The notes: generated from the sequence alone by a model not told the origin. 64,000 nt of DNA from Raillietiella orientalis (GCA_036172245.1 JAYWIR010000043.1:682001-746000), one strand, 5' to 3'. Shown: positions 1 to 11,759, counted from the first letter of the stretch. Made by a program: numbers and translations.

Positions 1-1809
1 AATAACTTTACATCTAAATATGGCAAAACATGCATTGAAATTTGATACAGAGAAGAGTATGATATCAACAGACAGATAAGATTTGATTGAATTTCATTCA
101 AATGTTTGCGTCATGAAGTGACCGCACGGTGCCTATACGGTAGTATTGCTTCCAAAACATATTAACACACTATGTTTACCAAAAAAACTTTCTTTGGGGC
201 AATACTCACCACTAATTGGGTATCCGTTTGAAATTCTGCCATTGCTAAATATTTAGAAACAGCAGTTCACATGACAAGTGCATAAATATGACACGGCTTT
301 CATGGAAATTCATGATTAAAATATACATTTCCATTGCAGACATGGCTTTCTAAAGATGAAAACATCACAACTCCTATAAACATAACAAACGCAAAACATT
401 TTCGAAAATCAGTTTATACTCACCGATATCAGTGACTCTGATGATTAAAGTTGGGCGTTTCGTAAAAACGGCACACCTAGAACTAAACAGGAGAAATTAT
501 CTTTTGGGAAAAACATAAACACTCTTCTTTCATAGATCCTTCTTTTTCGCAGCTTCAGCCGCACTCGCGCATCCAAATGTATTTCGAAAACGACCCGACG
601 GTGTGACATCGGAAAACCGAGGGCACGATTAAGTTAATGACCGTCTTGTAATTACTTTTTGCTTAATACGGAAATAATGAAGAATCCCTCCGTCACTCGA
701 GGTTCGAGTGAGATGAACATTAAGCATATGGTTTTGACAGGGAAAGGCCATCCGTGAGTGCCCAGGTCACTATGAGGCCAACGTCGAAAGACTCGATTTT
801 AAAGTGCACACAAAGAAACTTCCATGAAACTTCACATTATTTCCAATGTAAAAAAAGGGCAGAGGACCGATTCAGCAAAAAAAAAAGGAATGGTTGCAAG
901 CGGCCACATGCGGGAAGAATCGTGGCTAAAGGGCCTTGGAAGGAGGGAAAACTCCTCATTTAGCTTGAAACTTGGTATCGAAACGAAATTTTGCTGGGAA
1001 GAAAACAAAAGCTATACCATAGTCCCTTTCGGTTTCAGATGTTACTCGAATAAAGAAAAGTCTCCAATAGAACCTGTGGAGCCAACAGACTTGAGTGCCC
1101 CATAAGGGCGCCGAGTCGTCATCCCCAGAGGGCTGGCAGTTCCACTTCCTGAAGATCCAAGAGCCAACGTTTGCAAAAGGTCTTTTGTGTGTAAACCACG
1201 GCACACAGAACTCAAACATGCAACGAATCATCCCAAGTTACAGATGATGATTCACCATTTTGTATTTCATGGTCCTGACTATGCTCATTACTATGTTACT
1301 CGACGCTATAATGCTATTTATTAGATGATATTGAACTCTACAGAGGTGCTCTTTCGAGGGTTTCCTATAATGTGAGAAAATCAAGTGAATCATCCACTGA
1401 TTTGTAATCAAAGAAGTCTTGATTAATAGTTACTCTGTTCTCCAGAAGCAAGAATTATTCAACGATCAACTGGGAGGTCTGAATTAAAGGCTTCTAATTT
1501 CAACTCAACAATAATCCTTGGAAATTCCAGAAATTGATCTCCAAACATTGATTAATGATCGCTATTTAGTAGCGAACTTCAATGAGCTTGAATGCTTTTG
1601 CTCTGTGACTGTATTCACTAGAGGGAAAAATGCAGATTTTTATTATAAGCTATAGTACAATTTCCCAAGATATGACTAATGAAATTATGGAAAATACAAT
1701 CAAGTAATGAATAATTAGAGTATTTTGGGTGAAAGAATTTTCTGTGTGTGAAAATTAAGACATGTCCTCCCTAGAGTTCCAATGGAATTTAAGATTTTCC
1801 ACCAGAAGA

Positions 1810-3925
1810 CAAGGCAGGGAATCAGCCTGCTAAAAAAGAAGGCAGTGAGGAATCCACTCCTGAGACTCGTTGGTTCTCTGATATAAGCCTCCATCCAGTT
1901 GTCGAGGTGATGGCTTGCTTCATTCTTCCCATGATGGCGTTGTGTCGGTCTTGATGATAGGATGAGTGCCTCGTTCAGTGGTCCAAAATGTGAGACAGGG
2001 TTTCATCCCAGGTATCACATTTTCGGCGCAGCCTGCTAAAGAGGCAGACTGATTCCCTGTCCACTTGCTCCTCCAGCTGCTGGCCAGAGTCGAAGAAGAG
2101 ACTACCGGTCTACCTGGATTGGAACGGGATGCCGCTTTTCCCAAAAGGTGGCGATCTGAAACCAGTGACTCAGGGGACACACCCTGTCCCTCCTGAATTC
2201 CGATGCAAAGTGCATGGCCAAGATCTGAGAAAATCGGTTGAAAAGATGATTGGATCGGCGACCATGGAATCTTGTGAAGTCCTAGGAAGACAAATATGGG
2301 AAAAAACGTCAAGTGTGACGAAGCTCTCCTAGAGAACGTGCATCCAAGCATACGAAGTGGTACTGAGCCTAACTGTTATTGAGAAGATATTCGATTTGGT
2401 TGGCCACACGATTCCATGGAGGGTGCGCTTCCAGAGGAATTTCATGACATACGGTCACCGTGTAAATGCAAAATCTGAGTCGCCCTCAATGGTATGAACA
2501 CAGACGACATTAAGATGGAGAGTGGAGGTTACCAAGGAGATATCTTGAGTACCGTGAGCTTTGTCTTCTATGTAGAGGCGATAGCATACCATTTAACAAA
2601 GGGTAGTCTACCGAGGACTTCGCCTGGGATGGGAAAGTGTCACCAACTTGGCCTACGCAAAAATAAGAAAACGCTTCTCACTATTGCAGAGATCTCAGAT
2701 TGGAAGGAAACGTGAAACATAGACGCGAGTTTAAGATCAACGGAGCAAAATTCAAACTGCTCCCTGCTGGAATTCCGGACACCGCTATCCTGAAAAATGG
2801 TTTGAGCATAGTGGATGGCATGAAGAACCTGGGAATCCACACTAGTGGACGAATAGACGTTGCCAGACTCCGAATGGAAGGAAACTGTTGATAACATCAG
2901 GAAGGAGTACTAAGAATACAACAGAACGAACTTCTCTTCAAAGGAGAAGGTCAATCTCAGGAACAAAGTGCTCGAACCCAAGTCCCTCTTTGACATGGCC
3001 TTGCACTAAGTCTCGGAGAAAATGACCAACCCCCAAGGAACACTCGTATGAAAAAATGCAAATGGAATTGAGGTTTCTGTGCTCTATGAGAGTTGAAGTG
3101 CTGCACTGGGATGCGTAAAATTGCCAATGCCACCGAGATCCAGGATGTGAGCCACTTAATAAGTCCCGTTAACTCTTGGGAGGAACGGCCGCACATTTTC
3201 CACCGAACATGCTCAAGATTGTTTACCGGAACCGACGTCACTTTCATCCCTGTCTGGAATACCAGGATAGTAGAGAAAGATCAATCCCACCGGCCGAGGT
3301 CAACCTGAACCTAGGATTTGTCCCGAAGAACAAGAAAATCTTAAGGGGCCGGTCATGAGGATGTTTCTTTTAGTAAGCGTTCTATGGACTAAAGAAATAT
3401 GCTTCAGGGAAAATCAAACATCACCATCGAAGGATACGAACATTTCTCGACCAATGGAAACATGTACGAAATTGTACTAATACAATATGCAAGAGTGGAC
3501 AATCTACAAGTCCAGAGATGTCTGACAAGCACAAAAGACACAACAGATCTAGGTGAATCCCCAATCTCTAGAAAGGCACATAAAGCAGAAGGCGATCGGA
3601 GTACATGGGCACCATCCATAAAATTTTTCCATAGAGACTGTGCTGTGAATACCTTCGTTGCCTCCAAAGATCTAAGACAATCTTCTGATGTTTTGTCATG
3701 AAGGAATCCTGTACGGCTCTCTCCTTCAACACAGGAACCAGATTATAGGCCATGTCCAGTATGCATGACCGCTGAAGCCGACTTATACCTCTATACCTGC
3801 CAAATTCTTGTTCAAGATGGGGAAACAGTGAGGAAGAGATGCAACTACAAGCAGTGATCAAACTTGAAATCCAACGAAAACTCCTTCAGGATCAAGGAAA
3901 TTTCTTGTACAATCCCATGGTAAGG
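1810..3925 (+). mobile_element. Heavily decayed L1/Tx1-like non-LTR retrotransposon ORF2 (RT region and C-terminus)
   Basis: Broken peptides LFPKGGDL, LSLLNSDAKCMAKI*ENRLKKMIG and IKMESGGYQGDILSTVSFVFYVEA align by eye to the better-preserved copy at 61770-62588 (LLPKGGEL, ISILNSDAKWLAKIW, MERGVRQGDSLSPMLFVIYMEA). Many stops and frameshifts. Confidence 0.8.
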
Positions 3926-3926
3926 A

Positions 3927-3973
3927 AAGGTTTCTATTTCATCTCACAGAGAGGGAGATGAAATAGAAACCTT
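3927..3973. repeat. Perfect 19-bp inverted repeat with 9-nt loop at the junction of two opposed LINE remnants
   Basis: aaggtttctatttcatctc-acagagagg-gagatgaaatagaaacctt. Confidence 0.95.
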
Positions 3974-3974
3974 C

Positions 3975-4667
3975 TCATCTCATCTCGTTCCAGCTGTATC
4001 TTTTCTTAGAAGGAGCACAAGAAGTCCTTCACTGAGCTCCGGATACCAGAAGGATCCGAATACCCTTGTCTGCAGTCGTACAGCAGATGGTAGCACAGAG
4101 ACCGCCAGACCAGCTTCTCGGATCCGGCCATAAATTCTGTCAACCTTCGTCCGTCGGCATGTCTGGAGGCGATGCGTGATTGCAAAACGGTGCTGCCGTT
4201 ATGCACACCCTCTTCGAAGCCAGCTGGGGGGAGGTCGAGGGGTTAGAAACACTCGTAAAACTTTCGGACCGGGACCTTGGGCAATTCCCAATCTTCGAGT
4301 CTGCGAATGGTGAAGCCAGGAAGAGAACCGCCGAGTATTTGGGCAGCTCCCGGATGACTCAACCAATCTCCAAACAACAACCCCACCTTAATTGGTGGCC
4401 CTTTTCCTGGTTGCCACAACTCCAGCTCGAGTCTGAGGTGGTCCTAGAGAACTGACGCTTCTCTTTCTCGACTGTCCATTCGAGAACATAAGTGTTCATC
4501 GAGGAAGATGTGATCGATGACCTCCCAGGTGCCAACAAGCTACATGCATTCACGGATGCAAACTGCTCGCAGAACTGCACATGATGCACCTGCGCCCACT
4601 TGCCACTCGACAGCAGACGAATTTAAATTCTCTTCCTATCAGGTGAGCGACGCACGGGCCCGCACTA
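3975..4667 (-). mobile_element. L1/Tx1-like element: distal half of the APE endonuclease plus linker (continuation of 6530-7925 beyond the viral insert)
   Basis: Minus strand reads HLIGREFKF (decayed GGDFN), then IDHIFLDEHL, then SVL*DHLRLEL (SDH), then LEDWELPK. Collinear with the EN at 61150-61550. Confidence 0.75.
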
Positions 4668-5645
4668 GTGTGTACACCACAGCACACAGATTGTTTGCTT
4701 ACGATTGGAGTGGATGTCGAGGTCTATGATCCACCTATCGTAGCTCAGTTTTGAGTAATCGGACTCCCAGTTGGCGAAGACGATGACATGTGAGGTTTCG
4801 TAATATTTGATGGATCTCTGGTATTTGGGATCGAAGAGGATGCCATTTTTTAGAGATTCAATGAACCCGTACTGGACCAGCTCCTTAGCGTCGCGGGTGA
4901 AGTCGAAGACGGTGATGGGCTCACCATTGTAGAGGTGTGCTGCATCTGCTTTCTTGCAGCTCTGCATATATAGTGATTTTCTGTGTAGGAAGAGAAATTT
5001 GGCAAAGGTAGTTTTGCCTGCGTTTCCCTTTCGAGTCCTCAACCCAGTAAATATTGCTGGGATGTGGTGGTCTTCGTAACAGCTCAATGACATCAAGTTG
5101 CCATGTGCGTAAACGTAGTGAAGCCAATGGGTTCGTTACGGTATCGTTCCGATATATCCGAAAGCACTCTTTGATGAAATTGATGTTTCTTGAATAGAAC
5201 CTGGTGTGGTTCTCGAGGATGTATTTCTCGTTACAGATTTGAGAAGCTGCAAAATCTGAAAATAAAGAACAAAGCAATGATGTGAAAAGGAATAAAAAAT
5301 TTGTTATTTTTTTCTCGTAGTTTTCTTCGGCTGGGTTGTCATCCAGGCAGCCGTAGGCCCACGGATGGGGATCCTGCTTGCTACAGTACTGGAGGTTGCT
5401 TGTAGCGGATCCTTCCGCGTGTTCCAGATGGCACTTGGAGATGGTGGTCTTCGTATTTGAGGCAATGTTCTCGGCTCGTGCAGCTGGAGGTAGCCTTGCA
5501 GGTGTGGAGTTCCTCCTTCACCTTCTCCCTCGGCGATAAGAGGGAAGGGGCAATGAAGTCTGCACCACTTTTTAATCGTTTGGACTTCATCTTCGGAGCA
5601 ATTGATTAAAGTTAGGCACCAATGCGTAAATGCAGTATAGGGCAT
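4665..5645 (-). pseudogene. rep: CRESS virus replication-associated protein (HUH endonuclease + SF3 helicase), two frameshifts
   Basis: MPYTAFTHWCLTLIN (RCR motif I), TPHLQGY (motif II); shift at ~5445; HLEHAEGSATSNLQYCSK (motif III), LRTWQLDVIELL..IYWVED; shift at ~5025; GNAGKT (Walker A), TVFDFTR (Walker B), VIVFAN (motif C), LSYDRW (Arg finger); stop at 4665. Confidence 0.95.
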
Positions 5646-5679
5646 CTTGCGTAAGACTACGAAAACCAGTGGTGATCTC

Positions 5680-5686
5680 TTATATA
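5680..5686 (-). promoter_or_regulatory. Putative TATA box of viral rep
   Basis: TATATAA on the minus strand about 35 nt upstream of the rep ATG at 5645. Confidence 0.5.
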
Positions 5687-5746
5687 CCGAGATGATGCGC
5701 ATTCAAGTGGTGTATGGTGTTATGGTTTTTGCTGAAATTCTGATAT

Positions 5747-5760
5747 GGTAACAGTAAACC
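5747..5760 (-). other. Putative rolling-circle origin, nonanucleotide TACTGTTAC in a residual stem-loop
   Basis: Minus strand GGTT-TACTGTTAC-C has 2 mismatches to TAGTATTAC, is closed by GGT/ACC and lies in the rep-cap intergenic region. The outer stem is degenerate. Confidence 0.5.
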
Positions 5761-5989
5761 TGTTTGGCTGGCTATTGTTTTTGTGTGGTGGGCGTGTGAG
5801 CGTGTGCGTGCAGGAATGCGGGCAAAAAGCGTGTCATGCGAGTCGCAACGTGATCGTGGAGGACGGGGAGTCCTAAAAATGTACGTGGAAGACTGATGCG
5901 GTTGTGTATGATGGAGAGGGGGGTACAATAACGTGTGTATGGTTGATGAGGAGTCAGTAGGCAGTCGACTCTGCCGAAGGCAGGAGTCT

Positions 5990-6532
5990 ATGGCTTTGGT
6001 AGTCTCTAGGAAACGTAAGTGGAAGGTGTCAGGAGGTGTGACGAAAAAGCGTAGATTTCTGAGACGTAGAAGGGTATTTGAGCAGAAGTGGTTGAAGAAG
6101 TTTAGATGGAAGAAGAGGAGAGTATCGCGTCCGTTAAAGTGGAAGCTAAGCTATTTGAAGAGAGCTGTGGAGAGAATGTCTATGGTAGAATGTGTGCACT
6201 ACTGTTGTCACAGAATGAAGACAGGTGGAAAAGTTAATACAGCTTGGATGTTTAGTTATCGGGAGTTGCAAGATTTGTTGTCAAGTCTGCGCGATCGTAA
6301 TCTGCAGGATCTTTGTAGGTATTTCCAATATGTGAAGTTGGTCGGTGTTCGTTACAAGGTGGAGCCGTTGACGTTAGGAATGTCAGGTTCTTAAAATGGG
6401 AGGCGATTTTGGGTTGAAGATATCGTATCGAAATTTGTTAATGTGTGAACCTGCGAACGCTCCAGGCAGTGTACCTTTGTTGGAAGGGAATTCCTATTAC
6501 GATATCCAGTCGCACCTGAGTACTTACTGCTA
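5990..6532 (+). pseudogene. cap: CRESS virus capsid protein, disrupted after codon ~134
   Basis: Arg/Lys-rich N-terminus MALVVSRKRKWKVSGGVTKKRRFLRRRR..KKRRVSR, followed by YFQYVKLVGVRYKVEP, which resembles the Y..YRI..V...F strand of circovirus-like jelly-roll capsids. Divergent from rep. Stop at 6392-6394. Confidence 0.75.
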
Positions 6533-7925
6533 CCGAGGTCACAGAAAAGCTGAGCCCTGGTGCTGTCGTACAGCGTACCTCTCGGTGCGTAGATGTTTTT
6601 GATGACGAGATCGATCGAGTTGGACCACTTCAGAAGAAGCTGCCCAAATCGATAGTCCTCGTTAAAATGCGCGAGGCGCATTTTAACGAGGACACTGCAC
6701 AATCGCTTCAAAAAGAAGGCCACTCTGTATAAGTGAGCAGTGCCATCCTTCCAATGCAGTTTTCCCCCCGCACTTCTCTCGATGTCCACGATTTCCTGCC
6801 ATGAGATCTGGCGAAGCAGAGGGAGGTCGAGGGAGCGCAGAGGGCCCACTTCCGCGCGGCTCTTTTCGTCATTCCAACAGGCGATGCGAAAGCGACGAGG
6901 GGAGGCAAGGTTGCGCGTTTTGTCTGGGAAGATGACGGGGAAGATCCTGCCTGAACCTCTGGCGGCTGGAACAGGTACACGGAGGGTGCCAGCATATTGT
7001 CCAGGGACTTCTGCCTTTGCCGGCTGAGATCGCCCTCGCGGTTGCATCCCTTTTTTGAGGTGTCTCCCGAGGACACTTCCATCTCCCTTCCTGTTCCCCC
7101 ACCCCGGCGGTTTCCCATCTCCGGGAACTGGACTTGCGCCTTCGCGAGGTGGTTGAAGCATCGCCTTTGGTCGCACCGGATTCGAACTCCTTCTCTGAGT
7201 CGGGAGTTGTGAGCTGGAGGTGGCTGATGGTTGCCTAAGGCAACGCTCTCTGTCAGTCGCATCCTCTGTCGTTCTCACTTGTACTTGTTGAAGTCGACGA
7301 TTGCAGGGACAACATGGCTTCCTAAAATGACCTTGCAGGTCTGAGAAATCGGTGCATCACGATGAGTCTGACACGCTTGTCGGGCGTGGGATAGCTCAGC
7401 GTCCTTTTGGGTACACAGAGCGTTCAGCGTCCTCCACAAGCTCTCCTTGTCTCTTGTGATAACACTCACTCTTAGCCTTTCTGGACACCGTTTCCTGGAA
7501 GGCATCGTTAATATTAATCGTTGGCTTCCCCAGGAATTTTATTCGAGAGGATCTTCGACTCATGATTGGATCCTCCTTGAGCAAAGGTGATGCCTCTAGT
7601 CGCAGATACCTTCTCATTCTACATCAACCATGCCTGTCTTGTATGTCCGAGCTGCGTTGGGCCGCAACATTGGATTCTGAGGCATCTCTTTTCTTGGTGT
7701 CGCGTTTCGCCACATTCTTCTCAAAACCTGGGCTTTTCTACAAACCAAAGATCGATAGATTTTCTACTGATCATCATTCTGTGGAGAATCTTCCACTTCT
7801 CGAAAGAAATGCGTGCCGCAGAGAGCCCACTAGATGGAGTGGAACTCCTTGATGGGATTCGCTTTACTCCAGAGTGCGTGAATGGTAGCGTTTGAACATG
7901 AGGTAATTACGTCGCGTTCCCAAAG
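6530..7925 (-). mobile_element. L1/Tx1-like element: ORF1-like remnants and N-terminal half of the APE endonuclease
   Basis: ORF 6391-7278 contains RFRIACWN, ISWQEI, YRFGQLLLKW and LVIKNIYAP (conserved EN motifs). Basic, broken ORF1-like frames lie upstream. Confidence 0.75.
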
Positions 7926-7926
7926 C

Positions 7927-9930
7927 TTTTCACTCGGTTGCGCCGAGGCTTTTATTTTAATAAAAAAATAGAACCACAAAAAGAACAAAGAATGTAGTTT
8001 TATGTGTTTCGTAAATAAAAAAAAGAATGAAAAGGGGTTTATCTGGGGAAAACTCTCTGACTCTCAGCAAAGAAGAAATTGTCGGTAGCATTGAAGGAGT
8101 CGAAGGACCTAACGGGAGGTGGAGATAGGAACACCGGGCTAGCTGCCTCGCTTCTGAATTCTTCTTGCGATGTTGCTGATCTCCCTGCTGACTCCCTGTT
8201 TCAGATGAGGCCACCTGCGTGCCTTCTCTGGGTCGACCATAGCGATGCAAGCAGCCTCTCGCTGCCTCTGGCGCAGCTCCAGCGAGTATCGGGCCGTGGG
8301 GCGGCCGCGGATGCAACACGAAGTCGCCATCACGGCTGCAGACGAGATCCCCTCTCGCGTAAAGAAGCGTCGCAGCAGTTCAGTCGGCGTATCTTCCGGG
8401 TGAAGGATTGCTGAAGCCGGCCTCTCCCACGATGGACTGATGACGCGGCAGCTCATCAGCAAGTGGGGGAGCGATGCGATCTCCCTACAGGGGTGCCTGG
8501 CGCACTCTCCAGAATGACACCCACTCGTCACGTTGTGCATGCATTTGTTGCAGGGAAGACCCCAATGCAAGAACAGAATCACGTCGTGTTGCCAACGGAG
8601 GGGGAAAGAGGTCAGTATTGTTCAAACCACAAGGGAGGGGCACAAAGTTATTCCGGGAGCACACTCGACCCAGAGGCGGAGTCCCTTCTCCTGCAAGCAG
8701 GACATAGCCGCGTCGGCCACCACTTTCGTGGAGCACCCGCCTATTTTTCCCCTTCCCACGAAGGAACAGAACTTTTACCTTGCCAGTAGGCAACTGCCAT
8801 TGCTTTCCATAGGGAAGACAGCGCTGTGGCCAAAGGTGTGGCGAATGCACAAGTGCACTAGGTCAGTTCTCCAACGATTCCTTGCAGGGTCATTGTTGCG
8901 AATCGATAACCGAACGAGATCTTCCATGCTGATGCTAGTCAGCCGAGCCCTAGAGTCCACAGACTCCTGCTCGCCAGGATGAAAGTCCAGAAGGCGGCGG
9001 GAGATCCGCTCGTTGGACTCCGGCGGCGAGGCGAGCTGCTTCAGGGCTCAACCCCAAGCGCCTTAGCCATTTCCAGTTGCGAAAAAGCAAGAACGCTAGT
9101 CCCTCGCAGCCAGCCGCTCGCCGCAAAATGTGGTGAGCGGGGAGACACCACTGCTGGCTCCATGCCTTCCTCATCAAGGCAAGTCTTCGTAAATGGAACT
9201 GCGGTTCCATCCTCTTCAATGTCAGGATGGCGAGTCCAGCATCCCTTCCAAATGACAGAAAGGACACCGGCCCATCCCAAGTTTTCCTTGTCGAACCTGT
9301 CTACATGTTGAACATTATCGTTGTCTCCCTTCTCCGGACTCCCTCCTCCTCCCCATTTTTTTTGCTTTCTCTCCTTCCATATAAGACTGGACGGACACCT
9401 GCAGAAAAAACTATGGACCTCTTGAAGGTCGAAGGATTGCCACAAAGACACTATGATTGAGCCACGAAAGGATACAGCGCTACACATCCTCACTTTTACG
9501 AAGATGGAGTACATCTCTAGTTCAGAATGATGTCCTTGATGGCTGAGAACAGGATGAAGCATTGGTGCCTGCCTGCCCGCGAAATGCTGAGGCGCACTGT
9601 CGATTGTGCATGAAGGTGGTTGGGTTCCCCCTGAGGCAAATCGCTGCCCATGGGAAGAACATCACTGGATATGCTGTTTCTCTGCAAACTACAACGCTTG
9701 GAGTCTGGAGGCAGTTGGCAGCTGGATCCTCATCACACGCACCGGAGCATAGTCGATACATCCACCCATAAGCTGGGAGCAGTCTCCCGGGAGGAAGCGA
9801 AAAGGAACCAAAAGTGGGCTAAAGCCGCTTTCATCTCCCTAGCCACAGCATTATCTTTCCTACGGGAGAGAAACAATAGTTGCCATCCAGGTGGATCAGT
9901 GGTCTCGTGACCCGCAGCAGGAGCCACGAA
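7927..9930 (-). mobile_element. L1/Tx1-like 3' portion (post-RT region, C-terminal Cys/His domain, 3' UTR, terminal hairpin)
   Basis: RDAGLAILTLKRM and WQHDVILFLHWGLPCN..C...C..LPHLLMSC. T-rich UTR, AATAAA and hairpin at 7933-7956. Confidence 0.8.
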
Positions 9931-10089
9931 GCTGGTGGGCCGGTCGACGAAACTAGCTCTCCCTCCATTGCTTATTTTTACTTATTCATTACCTCCACAC
10001 CTCTTTGCTCCAGCCCTTACACGCAGCTGATCTCAGAGCCATCTCTAATAAATGTTTTAGTGCGGAGTAGGAACCCACTTTTTACCTTT

Positions 10090-11450
10090 GTTTCTTGTTT
10101 TCCATAGTCTCCCAAGCGCGACTGGGAGGATTCTCGTAAGCAAACTCAACAAGAGAAATCAGTGCTTGCACAGACTAACGCCACACCCAACCCATCAACT
10201 TCACTGCGAAAAAGAAAATGCAACGACCTGTAGCGGAGGGCAGGCCATACTGTTTCCAAAATGCAAAAGTGCAAGGTGGTACCAAGACGATGCCTCTGCA
10301 GAGTACTGCTCCGAAACCGCCAGCCTGCCAGCGCGTCCGAAGTCCATTAACGAAGCGAGCGACGTAATGTACATACTGCAAACGCGTGCCACACCACAAG
10401 CTGCGTGAACCCCATGTACAGTCTACGGGCTACGAAATGAAGTTCTAGATGATGGTGCTGAGGAGGTAGACACCTTGCAAGTGGGTGTGCACCCAAGGCC
10501 CGCAAACGCGAAGTATCTGGGTGGCCATCAATTGCAGTCCCCTAAGAAGGCAAGGGAGTGGAAACTGCCGTGTCACACTAAGCACCGAGGAAAGACAGGA
10601 GAAAGTGTAATGAATGGCAGCTCCATGAAGCAGGGTTAGGATAACGCCAAAGCTGCTCTTGTGGAGGAGGAAGTTGCCTGATGACAGATCCATTCCTCAC
10701 ACGCAGCAATGTGGAGAACAGCTTGTCATCTCACTGCATTTCGTTAGAACGTCGGAAAACTGCAGGAAGATTTAAAGCGACCCACAGTAGCAAACGCGCT
10801 GTTTCTTCAAACTTGCACTTCTCCAGGAAATTCCTAATGCCTCCAATGGAGTGATGGACGTACTAAATAGCAGTTGCAGTGGTAGAAGGCAGCGTACACA
10901 GGAAGCTATTTTCGTGGTACTACTCTGCAAGATTGTCTGAAGTCTAATTCCCTGTAAAGCTGGCTGTGGCGAAAAATGTGCCAAGCGTTCGTTTCGACGA
11001 GAACAGACGAATGGGCAGGTTGTTAGCCAGTGCTTCAACTCGATTGATCTCGCACTTATCTAAGAGTTCTTCGAAGTCTTGCAAAACTACTGGTCCACGA
11101 GCACTGGCCACAGAGAAACCCACCTAATGCAGGAAACTTCAACGCTCACCTATCCTCAAACAAGAAATGTCTGAGGCAAAACACGGAAGTGAATAAGCTG
11201 TGCACGCAATTCACGTGCAAAACTTGTTAAACTGGTAATCTGTGGTGAAAAGCTCTGTGCATCACACCTTCGATGACCACCTTAGAGTTCCGGGGTAAGA
11301 AAGAGTGCAATCTGAGGGTAAGCATTTGAGTATCTGAGGGTGAAGTTCGGACTGATTCCGCATGACAGGGTCCCTCCACACAGCTAGTGAAGAATGCCGA
11401 TGGATTGGCTAAGTATCTGGAACCGGACGAAGAACTATTTGTGAGAATCA
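10090..11450 (+). mobile_element. Possible very old RT remnant
   Basis: Only short motifs (NAKYLG, RITPKLLLW) resembling the LINE thumb region. No long ORF. Confidence 0.3.
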
Positions 11451-11759
11451 CTGGTTATTAGGGACATGCATGCGATTGCTGTCAAACAAAATGTATTTTT
11501 GTATTTTATATCTTCTGTTCATAAATTACCAAACATGGTCGCAATTCTGCAATTTTTAAAATACACTTCATGGAAATGACATCTCTAACTGGTTCCAAAA
11601 TCACAAAAGTCAAGAAAAAAAATTAATACAACTGCAAAATAAACCAAAGCAATCATCCAATGCCTGAGAAAATTTTCCGGAGATTAAAAAAAATATGAGA
11701 TCCTGTATCTTGAAAAATGATGTGAAGGTTTTCCCATGTTCATTTCACTCTGCATTTTC

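Larger units (their letters stand above)
4665..6532. mobile_element. Endogenous CRESS DNA virus element (Cressdnaviricota-like, ambisense rep/cap), about 1.87 kb
   Basis: Divergent rep (-) and Arg-rich cap (+) separated by a 344-nt intergenic region. Bounded by CTA at 4665-4667 and 6530-6532. The flanks rejoin into a LINE EN frame. Confidence 0.9.

Noticed and set aside
6391..7278. 295-aa minus ORF as a third viral gene or a LINE-virus fusion protein
   Set aside because: It is LINE ORF1/EN sequence reading by chance about 46 codons into the antisense of cap. Nothing suggests a functional fusion.
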